The notes under the pieces are model-generated. The model was not told the origin of the DNA and did no database searches. It saw only the letters and a program-made list of their open reading frames with translations. This document shows, one piece after another, positions 21,001-29,732 of a stretch of DNA of 39,178 bases. Made by a program: the position numbers and the translations under genes. Within the stretch, counting starts at the first letter, position 1. Each line of letters opens with the position of its first letter. Source of the DNA: a virus; UHGV virus genome UHGV-0034768. The stretch is one strand, 5' to 3'.

Positions 21001-21918
21001 AGTCTGACTGGCAGTAAGCGTAAGTTCGATGACCGCTGGCTGAAGACCGCTGGTATCTCTGACGAGCAGTGGAAGGGCATTAAGTCCCTAATCCGTGAGT
21101 CAGTGACTCGTGGGCCAGACGGGAAGTACATCATCAAGGATAAGAAGGCGTTCAGTCAGGACCCAAGGGCTATGGACCTGTGGCGCATGGGTGACACCAT
21201 AGCTGACGAAACGTTACTCCGTCCTCATAAGCTGTCAAACATGGACGCCAAGGCTTATGGCCCTCTCGCTAAGACTGTCCTTCAGTTTAAGAACTTCGTC
21301 ATCAAGTCCATCAATGGGCGAACCATGCGAACCTTCTACAACGCCACGAAGAACAACCGAGCGATGGACGCTGCCTTGTCCACTGTGATGTCTATGGGTC
21401 TCGCTGGTATCTACTACATGGCTCAAGCTCACGTCAAGGCTTACGCTATGCAGGATGGTCGAGACCGTGAATACCTCAAGCAAGCTCTTGACCCGACAAT
21501 GATTGGTTATGCGGCTCTGTCCCGTAGTTCACATCTGGGTGGTCCACTTGGGGTAGCTAACATTCTGGGTGGCATCGCTGGGTATGAGGACACTAAGATG
21601 CTCCGTTCGTCTATCCTACCCCGGTCGCCTACAGAGAAGCCTGAACGTGCCATCGCGTACGGTGCAACTACAAGTGGACCTGTGATGAATGTTGTTGGTA
21701 ACTTCTTGGAGCAGGTTCCAGCTTTCGGATATGCTGCTAACGTTGGCGCTTCGGCTTACAACTTGGCTGGCTACCTCAATGCTGATACTCGTGTCAACGA
21801 GCGTGACTACATGACCGGGATGTATAATACGTTCCGTGAACTGGTTCCGAACGACCCAATTACCCAGAAGCTGTTGCTTGGAACGTTTGAGGAGCAAGGT
21901 ATCCACATCAAGGACTAA
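18031..21918 (+). CDS. gp16: internal virion protein D with N-terminal lytic transglycosylase domain (T7 gp16-like)
   Basis: 1295 aa; N-terminus MATRGIRNNNPGNIR... typical of gp16 SLT domain; size and synteny. Confidence 0.9.
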   Translation: MATRGIRNNNPGNIRVSKDQWEGMTGDDGSFVVFDSPESGVRALGKNLLSYGRQGYDSIEKIINRWAPPNENDTKAYIDSVVAATGIPATQSLDLSNPDTLSSLAQAISFHETGSRYDPEVYQKGVARALNGISPKTPPVSSNVFDALTEGLKAKPKVALGENLPTAAGLNIEGQAPEAPNESFGEMFYKATGDTMQEREDRSTWFGFGAATEAEVKNSMVGMAIRAGQTEDSLDVIGDVFNPTRWNNHKWSRDELDQIRNSGVLPQYYGVITGGSPQNLTELINLALENQKLDQERAKAGTGAQLAAGVIGAGVDPLTYVPIAGQVGKGGKLINKMFTVAAQSGALSGVSEMARTSVAGGEAHVAEAILGGALFGGGMTAIADGLGRALGRNTNEFAGPATRLEARETARNVDGQDLSRMPIREGEETFSHQGVKFADVPNEPGSVRLEDGSILIGENPLNPKTRQVFDEVIEPERASAGVNLGGLTEIGLKLLRSENPEIRGVAADLVRSPTGMQSGASGKIGTTASDVFERLRAVDHRFYNDIDDAVTEALKDPYFQTAFWRDSGAFRQDIYQRVSMAIEDGSGNLKAELTPGELKVYDLLKNQFDAKREMMENPAMFGRPDAKSIFPGSRFKGTYVPHVYSKQMKELYTKELGSPEALQEAIKKSWLTSYASRPEVKKRVDEALLEADHTLTPEGLAAAVDKYANDKAYGISHTEQFERSSVMEENINGLVGLENNSFLEARNLFDSDMSIVLPNGQTFSVNNLREWDMDKIVPAYNRRVNGDIAIMAGTGKTTKEMKDLVETMMNKAGDDGKLKGEVSTLRDTLKILTGRARRDGADDAAFATVMRTMTDLSFFAKNAYMGVQNLTEIGGMLARGNVRALLHGVPMFRDLAFRNKKVGASEIKDLHNVIFGKELDDSIRPSKQDVIDRLRSYSDLGRGTATALGTAKYYTGELAVRSPFTKVLNGTTNYLLDAGRQGFLSDIVEHSLTGSKRKFDDRWLKTAGISDEQWKGIKSLIRESVTRGPDGKYIIKDKKAFSQDPRAMDLWRMGDTIADETLLRPHKLSNMDAKAYGPLAKTVLQFKNFVIKSINGRTMRTFYNATKNNRAMDAALSTVMSMGLAGIYYMAQAHVKAYAMQDGRDREYLKQALDPTMIGYAALSRSSHLGGPLGVANILGGIAGYEDTKMLRSSILPRSPTEKPERAIAYGATTSGPVMNVVGNFLEQVPAFGYAANVGASAYNLAGYLNADTRVNERDYMTGMYNTFRELVPNDPITQKLLLGTFEEQGIHIKD

Positions 21919-21936
21919 ACTATCACTATAGGAAAC
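21914..21936 (+). promoter_or_regulatory. phage RNAP promoter (phi17 position), ACTAAACTATCACTATAGGAAAC
   Basis: Consensus match; +1 G at 21931. Confidence 0.8.
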
Positions 21937-21982
21937 TGGAGGCGCTACCATAGGTCTCCGTTTAAATCACAAAGGAGGCATA

Positions 21983-24247
21983 ATGTCCACGATTACACAA
22001 TTCCCTTCAGGAAACACCAAGTACAGGATTGAGTTCGACTACCTAGCCAGAACGTTTGTTGTTGTTACGCTGGTGAATAGCTCTAACCCTACCCTAAACC
22101 GTGTACTGGAAGTTGGTCGAGATTACCGATTCCTTAATCCAACGATGATTGAGATGTTGGTTGACCAATCAGGTTTCGACATCGTTCGTATTCACCGTCA
22201 GACTGGAACTGACTTAGTGGTAGACTTCAGGAATGGCTCAGTGTTGACAGCTAGTGACCTGACCAATGCAGAGCTTCAGGCTATCCATATTGCAGAAGAA
22301 GGTCGAGACCAAACTGTTGACTTAGCGAAGGAATATGCCGATGCTGCTGGTAACTCTGCTGGAAACGCTAAGGATAGCGAGGACGAAGCACGACGAATCG
22401 CTGAGAGTATCAAGGCAGCTGGTCTAATTGGTTATATTACCCGTCGCTCCTTCGAGAAAGGCTTCAACGTTACAACATGGAACGAGGCCCTGCTATGGGA
22501 AGAGGATGGTGATTATTACCGCTGGGATGGTACGCTTCCAAAGAACGTTCCTGCTGGTTCAACTCCTGAATCATCTGGCGGTATTGGGCTGGGTGCGTGG
22601 GTTAGTGTTGGAGATGCCACATTGCGCACGGAATTAAATCTGATAACTAGATACTTTTCGACCGCTACTCAATTACCTGGAATACGAGCTAAAATAGGGC
22701 AGAGGATTATAACACTTGGTTATTACTCGGCAGGCGATGGTGGTGGTGCTGAATATATTGTAACATCAGGGGTGCCAAATCAAGACTACTCTGATGCAGG
22801 ATCGATTGCTATCTCAGATAATTCTTTCGCAAAGCTCGTCCAAAAACCACAATTTGACCTTAAACAGTTCGGAGTAAAACCATCTGACGCGTCTGCGGCA
22901 GCGGATAATGATGTATTTATCGCTCAGGCAATAATGCGTTCACGCTTCGGGTTCTGCAAAATAACTATATCTGACGTAGTATACCACAAAAAGCCTTTAG
23001 TGTTCGATTACTATAACCACATGGAAGGTAATACTATTGGCGGCGATGCAAGTTACACTCCGCGATTCCGAAAAATCGATAACACGACAAGCGGAATTGC
23101 ACCACTGGCGTACCCTAATGTCAGTGATACCGTGAACTATGATGTGGACGCTGGAATAATTTTGAAGCGACAGAATGCGGCAACGGATTATTGTCGAGGC
23201 GTTGTTTTAAAAGGCTTTCTCTTAGAGTCAATGGCGAAGTCAGCATGGGCAATTTATGCCCCCCATGCCGCAGATTTCGATATTGATATAGATAGCCGTG
23301 GGTTCAACGGTGGAATCCGTGGGAATGTTAATTTCCTTGGTAGGTACTCTGGACGCCATGTGGGGCTTGGTGAGAATGCGGTAGACCCTACGCTTGCTAT
23401 AGGTCTATGGTTTAGTCATTTCTCAACCATCCTCGACTGCGGTAATTCAGTTACTTTCCGCAATTCATTTAACGGATTCAACAGAGCCATACAGGCTGAG
23501 TATTTTGGGAACGGAATACTTGACCGTTGTACCTTCGAAAACATCAAAAAGCCGGTTGTTGGCGCCCCAACTACGTTCGGCATTAGCGCAACAAACAGTT
23601 GGTTTAGTGGTCAAATATCATGCGAGAGTTCATCAACATGTATCATACGTGCTGGCAATAACGCGAACTTCGATATTACCCTTAGTGCGGTATTTCATGT
23701 CACGCAAGATGATATTGCGGAGGGGATTATCCATGTTCTTAGCGGTGGCAGGGTTAACCTGCGCCCTTCCACAATTCTTGCTGATTTGCCAGATACAAAA
23801 ATCATTAATGATAATGGAGGTTATCTAGATATTGCTGCAAATACCAGAGCAGCAAATATTGTTTATTCCAATCATGATACTTACAGATTCAAAGACAGAA
23901 CTATTGGCTTTGGTCAGACTGCGGCAACTACAAAAACAAGTTTCTCTTCTGGTGAAGAGATTACATTTTCACTACTAAACGGAACGCCAAAGGCGAATCT
24001 ATCTGGCGGAACGATCCAGTTTAACTCTCCGGGCCTGATTAAAATCACCGTACAGGGGAGGGGTATAACATCAGGATCACTTACTTTTGGGATAAATGGG
24101 GCATCTTCAGAGAGCGTGAGTCAGGGACAGCAGGTTTCTATGGTTGTCGGAGTAACGTCCGGTGACATTCTTAACCTGAAGGCGGCCTCCTCGCTGACGT
24201 TGGGATCTGCAGGAGGGGTGCGGGTACTTCTTGAGCCTGTGTTTTAA
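21983..24247 (+). CDS. gp17: tail fibre/tailspike: T7 gp17-like N-terminal anchor fused to a probable beta-helix polysaccharide depolymerase
   Basis: N-terminal ~150 aa resembles T7 gp17 ([27 protein letters not shown]); remainder is G/S/T/N-rich with pectate-lyase-like motifs ([32 protein letters not shown]); DNA visibly AT-richer from about 22630. Confidence 0.85.
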   Translation: MSTITQFPSGNTKYRIEFDYLARTFVVVTLVNSSNPTLNRVLEVGRDYRFLNPTMIEMLVDQSGFDIVRIHRQTGTDLVVDFRNGSVLTASDLTNAELQAIHIAEEGRDQTVDLAKEYADAAGNSAGNAKDSEDEARRIAESIKAAGLIGYITRRSFEKGFNVTTWNEALLWEEDGDYYRWDGTLPKNVPAGSTPESSGGIGLGAWVSVGDATLRTELNLITRYFSTATQLPGIRAKIGQRIITLGYYSAGDGGGAEYIVTSGVPNQDYSDAGSIAISDNSFAKLVQKPQFDLKQFGVKPSDASAAADNDVFIAQAIMRSRFGFCKITISDVVYHKKPLVFDYYNHMEGNTIGGDASYTPRFRKIDNTTSGIAPLAYPNVSDTVNYDVDAGIILKRQNAATDYCRGVVLKGFLLESMAKSAWAIYAPHAADFDIDIDSRGFNGGIRGNVNFLGRYSGRHVGLGENAVDPTLAIGLWFSHFSTILDCGNSVTFRNSFNGFNRAIQAEYFGNGILDRCTFENIKKPVVGAPTTFGISATNSWFSGQISCESSSTCIIRAGNNANFDITLSAVFHVTQDDIAEGIIHVLSGGRVNLRPSTILADLPDTKIINDNGGYLDIAANTRAANIVYSNHDTYRFKDRTIGFGQTAATTKTSFSSGEEITFSLLNGTPKANLSGGTIQFNSPGLIKITVQGRGITSGSLTFGINGASSESVSQGQQVSMVVGVTSGDILNLKAASSLTLGSAGGVRVLLEPVF

Positions 24248-24251
24248 ACTT

Positions 24252-24278
24252 AAACCCGCTTCGGTGGGGTTATTTTTA
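24252..24278 (+). terminator. intrinsic terminator-like hairpin with TTCG loop and U-run
   Basis: AACCCGC-TTCG-GTGGGGTT followed by ATTTTTA, immediately after the tail fibre stop. Confidence 0.55.
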
Positions 24279-24375
24279 TCATCAGAAGGTTGTGGAGGTA
24301 GAGGCTAACTACACGCTGACCAACGTATGGTAACAACTTTGGGTCACGGACGACCCGCTTTAAACTGGAGGTTTT

Positions 24376-24570
24376 ATGATTGAGTTAGACTTCAAGAATG
24401 AGGTCCTTAAAGCCTCTCCTATCGTCGGGACCGCTGCGGCTGATGGTGCCAGTCGGTTCTTCTTTGGACTCACACTGAACGAATGGTTCTACGTTGCGGC
24501 TATCGCGTACACCGTTGTCCAAATTGGTGTGCTAGTCTACAAAACGATTAAAGGAGGTGGTAAAACATGA
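24376..24570 (+). CDS. gp17.5: class II holin (T7 gp17.5-like)
   Basis: 64 aa; near-identity to T7 holin over KA.PIVGT..AD...R.FFGL.LNEWFYVAAIAYTVVQIG. Confidence 0.9.
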   Translation: MIELDFKNEVLKASPIVGTAAADGASRFFFGLTLNEWFYVAAIAYTVVQIGVLVYKTIKGGGKT

Positions 24571-24830
24571 CGCAGATTGACTTAGAGAAGTTCCTCTTAA
24601 TGTTAGATACTGAACGTGCTCGACTCATGCTGCAAGACCTGCGGGATGACTCTAAGCGTTCACCTCAGCTTTACAACGCCATTGAGAAGCTACTGGCTCG
24701 TCACAACTTCGTGCTAAGCAAGGTGTCTGTTGACGAGAAGACGCTCGCTGATATGGAGGCCCTGAACGCAGAGTACGATAAGGTGCTCTCAGCTACGGAA
24801 GATAATGACACTGGATACGGAGTGCAGTAA
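24567..24830 (+). CDS. gp18: terminase small subunit (T7 gp18-like)
   Basis: 87 aa (T7 gp18 is 89 aa), RBS AAAGGAGG, ATGA overlap with holin stop. Confidence 0.85.
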   Translation: MTQIDLEKFLLMLDTERARLMLQDLRDDSKRSPQLYNAIEKLLARHNFVLSKVSVDEKTLADMEALNAEYDKVLSATEDNDTGYGVQ

Positions 24831-24940
24831 ATCTCTTAAGTGTTAGACTCAAGGTCCTTACTATATGTAGGGGCCTTTATGGTTAACACTAACTAGTGGA
24901 GGCGACTCTACGTGAAATCTGATAAACCGGGAGGGCAACT

Positions 24941-25405
24941 ATGCTCGAATTTTTAAAGAGAGCGGCTCCGTGGTTACTTGCAGCAGTGATGTTTGCTGGT
25001 GGCTACCACACCGCTAACAATAAGTGGGAGGCTAAGGTCAATGCAGAATACACCTCGAATCTTAAGGCATCGGAAGATACAAGGCTTGCTGTCCAAGCTG
25101 AAGTCAACAAAGTGTCCAAGCGGTTTCAGGACGAAATGTCCTCGCTGGAAGGCAGCACTGATAGGATTATTGCTGACCTTCAGTCTGACAATAAGCGGCT
25201 GCGCATCCGAGTCAAACCTACGAGTGGAACCACGCAAAGTGACGGTCGATGCGTCATTGATGGTTACGCCGAACTTGACGAACGAGATGCTAAACGTCTT
25301 ATCGCCATCGGATTAAAAGGAGACTCGTGGATTAAGGCCCTTCAAGATACTGTTCGTAAACTTCAACAAGACCGGGGTAGCTATGGGAATTATAATAACA
25401 ACTGA
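24941..25405 (+). CDS. gp18.5: i-spanin Rz (T7 gp18.5-like)
   Basis: 154 aa; N-terminal TM segment; matches T7 gp18.5 (MLEFL, LEGSTDRII.DL.SDNKRLR.RVK, RDAKR, ALQDT.R.LQ). Confidence 0.9.
   Translation: MLEFLKRAAPWLLAAVMFAGGYHTANNKWEAKVNAEYTSNLKASEDTRLAVQAEVNKVSKRFQDEMSSLEGSTDRIIADLQSDNKRLRIRVKPTSGTTQSDGRCVIDGYAELDERDAKRLIAIGLKGDSWIKALQDTVRKLQQDRGSYGNYNNN
25041..25316 (+). CDS. gp18.7: o-spanin Rz1 (T7 gp18.7-like), embedded in the +1 frame of Rz
   Basis: Embedded ORF with basic N-region, hydrophobic stretch ALIGLLLTFSLTISG and lipobox Cys (LTISGC); ATG at 25041 is 100 nt into Rz, as in T7; start not certain. Confidence 0.6.
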   Translation: MQNTPRILRHRKIQGLLSKLKSTKCPSGFRTKCPRWKAALIGLLLTFSLTISGCASESNLRVEPRKVTVDASLMVTPNLTNEMLNVLSPSD

Positions 25406-26168
25406 GACAGACGTGGTGTGGCACTACACTACAGGAGACCCTAGTGGTCGAAAGAACGCATCCGGGCATCTCCAAGAAGGTACTATAGAAGTTGTGGTTC
25501 CAGAGAATGCGCTGACAGCACGCCTGTACGTGACTGGAGGTCTGACGGTAAGCAAAGACTTCACGTCTACTTTCGGCTGGCCTATAACTGTAGGTGGAGT
25601 GACCGTGGAGAGACTCTGGGTCGATTCCGATGGCGAGACAGTCCTGAGTGTCTCATCTACCACTGGTAACGGTGTAGTAAAGATTGAGTACGACTGGGAG
25701 AAGACCAGACCTATTGACCACGCTGAATACACACTAGACGTCCGTAACTGGACAGGAACTAAGGAGTGTCCCGCTGGTGTGTTCACTGAGATTGTTAGTC
25801 TTCCGTGGGTAAAAGTCATAGATGCGAACGTAGTGTCAATCACAGGGTCTACCCTCAAGTTCCCGGCTATGGATGGTCTAAGCACATTGGTCTTCGCTGT
25901 GAGACTTACTGGTACGTATCCTACCCAATCCGAGCACACATGGTCTGTCATTATTCGAAGACCTACAGGTCAGGTACTATCAGTAGTACAGGAGGCTGAC
26001 AACAAGGTATCGTTCTCCACTCGTGAGACTACTATTCACAGCTACATTGCAGACATAGACGACCCGTTCGTGACCTCTGGTGTGGTGATTGGTGTGGAGA
26101 ATACCTCATCTCAGGCCCTGACTTTAACAGCCATAACGTTGCGTATAGAGCGCATATTTAACGTATAA
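25383..26168 (+). CDS. hypothetical 261-aa beta-rich protein inserted between the lysis cassette and terminase large subunit
   Basis: Long ORF with T/V/S/G-rich composition; overlaps the Rz end by 23 nt; no counterpart in T7 where gene 19 follows 18.5 directly; function unknown. Confidence 0.7.
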   Translation: MGIIITTETDVVWHYTTGDPSGRKNASGHLQEGTIEVVVPENALTARLYVTGGLTVSKDFTSTFGWPITVGGVTVERLWVDSDGETVLSVSSTTGNGVVKIEYDWEKTRPIDHAEYTLDVRNWTGTKECPAGVFTEIVSLPWVKVIDANVVSITGSTLKFPAMDGLSTLVFAVRLTGTYPTQSEHTWSVIIRRPTGQVLSVVQEADNKVSFSTRETTIHSYIADIDDPFVTSGVVIGVENTSSQALTLTAITLRIERIFNV

Positions 26169-26180
26169 GGAGGTGACGCA

Positions 26181-27944
26181 TTGAGTAAAGACTTAGTGGC
26201 GCGTCAGGCGCTAATGACTGCCCGTATGAAGGCAGACTTCGTGTTCTTCCTGTTCGTCCTGTGGAAAGCTCTGTCACTCCCAGTCCCGACTCGCTGTCAG
26301 ATTGACATGGCGAAGAAACTATCGGCTGGGGACAACAGGCGTTTCATCCTACAGGCGTTCCGTGGTATCGGGAAGTCCTTCATTACGTGTGCCTTCGTGG
26401 TATGGAAACTATGGAACAACCCAGACTTGAAGTTCATGATTGTGTCGGCCTCAAAGGAGCGAGCCGATGCTAACTCCATCTTCATCAAGCGCATCATCGA
26501 CCTCATGCCTCAGCTTCAGGAACTCAAACCTAAGCAGGGACAGCGAGATGCGGTTATCAGCTTCGACGTTGGACCAGCCAAGCCAGACCACTCACCCTCG
26601 GTTAAGTCCGTTGGTATCACTGGTCAGTTGACTGGTAGTCGTGCTGACATCCTGATTGCCGATGACGTGGAGGTTCCTAACAACTCTGCGACTCAGGCTG
26701 CGCGAGATCGACTTTCAGAGCTTGTGAAAGAGTTCGACGCTATCCTGAAGCCGGGAGGTACAATCATCTATCTGGGTACTCCTCAGAACGAGATGACCCT
26801 ATATCGTGAGCTGGAAGGCCGTGGGTACACCACTACTATCTGGCCAGCTCGTTATCCACGCGACAGGAAAGACTGGCAGTCTTACGGCGACCGTCTGGCA
26901 CCGATGCTTCAGGCAGAGCTAGAAGAGGACCCTGAGTCATTCTACTGGCGTCCTACCGATGAGGTACGATTCGATGATACGGACCTGAAGGAACGTGAGC
27001 TATCCTATGGTAAAGCTGGCTTCGCTCTACAGTTCATGCTTAACCCGAACCTGAGTGATGCTGAGAAGTACCCTCTGAAGCTCCGTGACCTTATCGTAGC
27101 AGACTTGGACCCAGCGTCCAGCCCAATGGTATACCAATGGTTGCCAAACCCTCAGAACAAGCGTGAGGACGTTCCTAACGTTGGACTCATGGGTGACTCA
27201 TACCACACGTATCAGACTGTAGGTTCTGCCTTCAGCTCATACACCCAGAAGATTCTGGTCATTGACCCTAGTGGTCGTGGTAAGGATGAAACTGGATATG
27301 CGGTACTGTATCAACTCAACGGCTACATCTTCGCTATGGAAGTTGGTGGTATGCGTGGAGGGTATGAAGACTCTACGCTGGAAGCATTGGCTAAGATTGG
27401 TCGTAAGTGGAAGGTCAACGAATACGTCATTGAGGGTAACTTCGGTGATGGTATGTACCTTGAGCTATTCAAGCCTGTAGCGGCCCGTATCCATCCTGCG
27501 GCTGTAACTGAAGTGAAGAGTAAGGGTCAGAAAGAACTCCGCATCTGTGACGTTCTGGAGCCTATCATGGGGTCTCACAGACTTATTGTTAACGCTGCTG
27601 CTATCGTCCAAGACTACCAGACAGCTGCCGACAAGGATGGTGTGCGTAACCCTATCTACTCTCTCTTCTACCAGATGACCCGTATCTCTCGTGAACGTGG
27701 AGCCTTGGCACACGATGACAGACTTGATGCGCTGGCTATAGGTGTACAGTTCTTCGTTGAGTCTATGGCTAAGGATGCCAACAAAGGTGAACGTGAAGTC
27801 ACTGAGGAGTGGCTTGAGGAACAGATGGAGAACCCACGGAAAGGCTTCGAGTCCATCCACACTGAGTTCTGGGACAATGGGGTCCGGGTAACTCACGATA
27901 CGGACGACGAGCTGGGACTAGGGTCATACGTTACGTTCCACTAG
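26181..27944 (+). CDS. gp19: terminase large subunit (T7 gp19-like)
   Basis: 587 aa; TTG start with AAGGAGGTGA RBS; blocks [68 protein letters not shown] match T7 gp19. Confidence 0.95.
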   Translation: MSKDLVARQALMTARMKADFVFFLFVLWKALSLPVPTRCQIDMAKKLSAGDNRRFILQAFRGIGKSFITCAFVVWKLWNNPDLKFMIVSASKERADANSIFIKRIIDLMPQLQELKPKQGQRDAVISFDVGPAKPDHSPSVKSVGITGQLTGSRADILIADDVEVPNNSATQAARDRLSELVKEFDAILKPGGTIIYLGTPQNEMTLYRELEGRGYTTTIWPARYPRDRKDWQSYGDRLAPMLQAELEEDPESFYWRPTDEVRFDDTDLKERELSYGKAGFALQFMLNPNLSDAEKYPLKLRDLIVADLDPASSPMVYQWLPNPQNKREDVPNVGLMGDSYHTYQTVGSAFSSYTQKILVIDPSGRGKDETGYAVLYQLNGYIFAMEVGGMRGGYEDSTLEALAKIGRKWKVNEYVIEGNFGDGMYLELFKPVAARIHPAAVTEVKSKGQKELRICDVLEPIMGSHRLIVNAAAIVQDYQTAADKDGVRNPIYSLFYQMTRISRERGALAHDDRLDALAIGVQFFVESMAKDANKGEREVTEEWLEEQMENPRKGFESIHTEFWDNGVRVTHDTDDELGLGSYVTFH

Positions 27945-28038
27945 CTGAATGAATAACTATAGGTGAAAGCTGCATGAATACGCAGTTAGTACCCTATAGT
28001 TACTACCAGTATAACCTACTGTTTTACAAGGAGTTTGG

Positions 28039-28061
28039 ACTTAACTATCACTATAGGGAAG
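28039..28061 (+). promoter_or_regulatory. phage RNAP promoter (phiOR position), ACTTAACTATCACTATAGGGAAG
   Basis: Consensus match; +1 G at 28056; downstream of terminase near the genome right end, as T7 phiOR. Confidence 0.8.
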
Positions 28062-28241
28062 ACCCCAGGTTACTTATAGTATTACTGTAGTGAATATACA
28101 TATGCAGACTTTATGCAAGACCTTAGGAGGCAGACTCCGAGTTCTTACCTAAGGCTTGCACCGATGGAAGGAGGGTGATATTAATCATAATCCCTCCAAT
28201 ACAGATAGTCACCGACCATAGATACAGGAGGTATGTAGCAT

Positions 28242-28400
28242 ATGGCAAAGACCAAAGCTGTACTTAAAGCTCTGGCGACCAATCGAGCTACATACAGGTT
28301 TCTTGCTGCTGTTCTACTTGCTGCTGGCGTTACTGCTGGAAGTCAGTGGGTCGGGTGGGTCGAGACTCTCGTATGTTCTCTGGTGTCTCAGTGTAATTAA
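28242..28400 (+). CDS. small hydrophobic protein (positional analogue of T7 gene 19.5)
   Basis: 52-aa ORF not in the supplied track (under 60 aa); strong RBS ACAGGAGG 8 nt upstream; predicted TM-like segment. Confidence 0.5.
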   Translation: MAKTKAVLKALATNRATYRFLAAVLLAAGVTAGSQWVGWVETLVCSLVSQCN

Positions 28401-28559
28401 CGCAATCATGGTAACGATTCACGAGCGGAAGACCTAAGGTCAGTACGTGGATAAAGACTCACTCTACTGACCTTAGCTACTGTAGTCAAGGACTTTAGGT
28501 AACACCTTAAGAGAAGCTCACTTAGGGTCATCCTACTTATTGGTCTATCCTAGTGTCGC

Positions 28560-28605
28560 CTGACCTACGGTCCTTGACCTACAGTGGCTGTGGCCTACAG
28601 TAGTG
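28560..28605. repeat. short direct repeats (GACCTACGG / CCTACAGT x3) to the right of the putative terminal repeat
   Basis: Read directly; analogous to the T7 CCTAAAG-type repeat arrays flanking the terminal repeat. Confidence 0.6.
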
Positions 28606-28639
28606 ACGATGAGTTTTGGACCAAAAGTTTGAGACCACA

Positions 28640-28835
28640 TCTCACAGTTCAAGAACTTCAAGTCTCCCCATAGGCCCTCTTTCAGTCCAGACCAAAGGCC
28701 CTCCCCAGTCTATCATAAGGTTGGACCTATGGTCAAGACGTTAGGTCGACGATAGGTCTAGGCTATGGCTGGAGGTCAGACGATAGGTAGGGACTATTGG
28801 TTGTCTCCGAGTCTCTATCTGTATACCATAGGTCT
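28640..28835. repeat. candidate direct terminal repeat region (single collapsed copy); probable physical left end near 28640
   Basis: TCTCACAGT...CTCCCCATAGG at 28640 and ...TGTCTCCGAGTCTCTATCTGTATACCATAGGTCTC resemble the T7 left-end terminal repeat (TCTCACAGTGTACGG...CCCCCATAGGGGG ... TGTCTCTCTGTGTCCCTATCTGTTACAGTCTCC). Confidence 0.4.
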
Positions 28836-28839
28836 CAAC

Positions 28840-28926
28840 AACCTACAGTCCTACAGCCTACAGTCTAACAACCTACAGTCACCGACCATCGGTAAAGCCA
28901 TTACCTACAGTCAAAAGACCTACAGT
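28840..28926. repeat. array of about six CCTACAGT short direct repeats
   Basis: Copies at 28842, 28850, 28857, 28872, 28904, 28919; counterpart of the T7 CCTAAAG array between the terminal repeat and promoter A1. Confidence 0.7.
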
Positions 28927-29039
28927 TAATAGACACAAAGCTATAGACTTAAGGTCTAAGACATGTTAGTCAAAGACTATATCCTCTTAGTCACTATGGG
29001 GCCGACGATAGCTTAATCGATATTATTTAAGATTACCTA

Positions 29040-29068
29040 TTGACTATAGGTCTAGACTATGGCCTAAT
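29040..29068 (+). promoter_or_regulatory. candidate host sigma70 early promoter (A1-like)
   Basis: TTGACT at 29040-29045, then a 17-nt spacer and a weak -10 (CCTAAT); collinear with T7 A1 (TTGACTTAAAGTCTAACCTATAGGATACT). Confidence 0.4.
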
Positions 29069-29180
29069 AGCTTCCGTCAACACGACACGGCAACAACCGG
29101 ATAGTGAAGACGCCGGGTCATCCCGGTTAAGTAGACAGCCTGATAAGTCATACGAACAACAGGCAGATGACAGAAAGCAG

Positions 29181-29210
29181 TTGACAAGATGTACCGACTT
29201 AAAGTAGTAT
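29181..29210 (+). promoter_or_regulatory. candidate host sigma70 early promoter (A3-like)
   Basis: TTGACA at 29181-29186, 18-nt spacer, TAGTAT at 29205-29210; flanking sequence CCGGATA.GTAGACAGCCTGATAAGTC closely matches the T7 A2/A3 region. Confidence 0.5.
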
Positions 29211-29398
29211 GTACCACATCGAAACAACAGTGATGACCAACACTGAAATGGTCTACCTGAAGTCCTCTGACTGAAGGGAATGCTCTTTAACAATCTGGAT
29301 AAAACTCTTAATGTGCGCCGATAGCGACTAACTACAGGGCCTTTGAGTATACATCTGAAGGCCCTGACTGATAGTCACTAACTTAAAGGATGGACACT

Positions 29399-29644
29399 AT
29401 GAAACACTTAAGCACAATCACTAATCGCAATGAAATATTCGTGAACACTAAAGGTTATGCGTGGATTCAGCTTAAAGAGCTGACAGGAGCGCGTCACCGT
29501 GTGGTAGTGCGCAAGGTCTCAAGCAAGCCGTTCAGCAACTACAGCGTAGATACTGTGCGTATAGACAACGAGACCTACCTGATAGACTCGCAGATAACCG
29601 TGCGTCCTACAGCGGGCGTCCCAGCTCCTTATTTCGCTAACTGA
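29399..29644 (+). CDS. hypothetical early protein (first gene after the early promoters, upstream of ocr)
   Basis: 82-aa ORF (second ATG chosen, AAAGGA 7 nt upstream); preceded by a structured leader; no recognisable domain. Confidence 0.6.
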   Translation: MKHLSTITNRNEIFVNTKGYAWIQLKELTGARHRVVVRKVSSKPFSNYSVDTVRIDNETYLIDSQITVRPTAGVPAPYFAN

Positions 29645-29732
29645 GAGTGATTAACTACAGGTCGTTAGACTCATAGCGGCCTGACTGATAGCCACTAACA
29701 TACGCACTAACAACTTTTGAGAGGATATAACT

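Noticed and set aside
27955-27990. Additional phage promoter suggested by AACTATAGG / CCTATAGTT
   Set aside because: Lacks the invariant CAC at -7..-5 and the upstream AAACTAT block; better explained as a hairpin (listed as a finding).
28840-28926. Possible CRISPR array suggested by regularly spaced CCTACAGT repeats
   Set aside because: Repeats are only 8-9 bp with irregular short spacers, and their location matches the T7 short-repeat arrays next to the terminal repeat; no cas genes.
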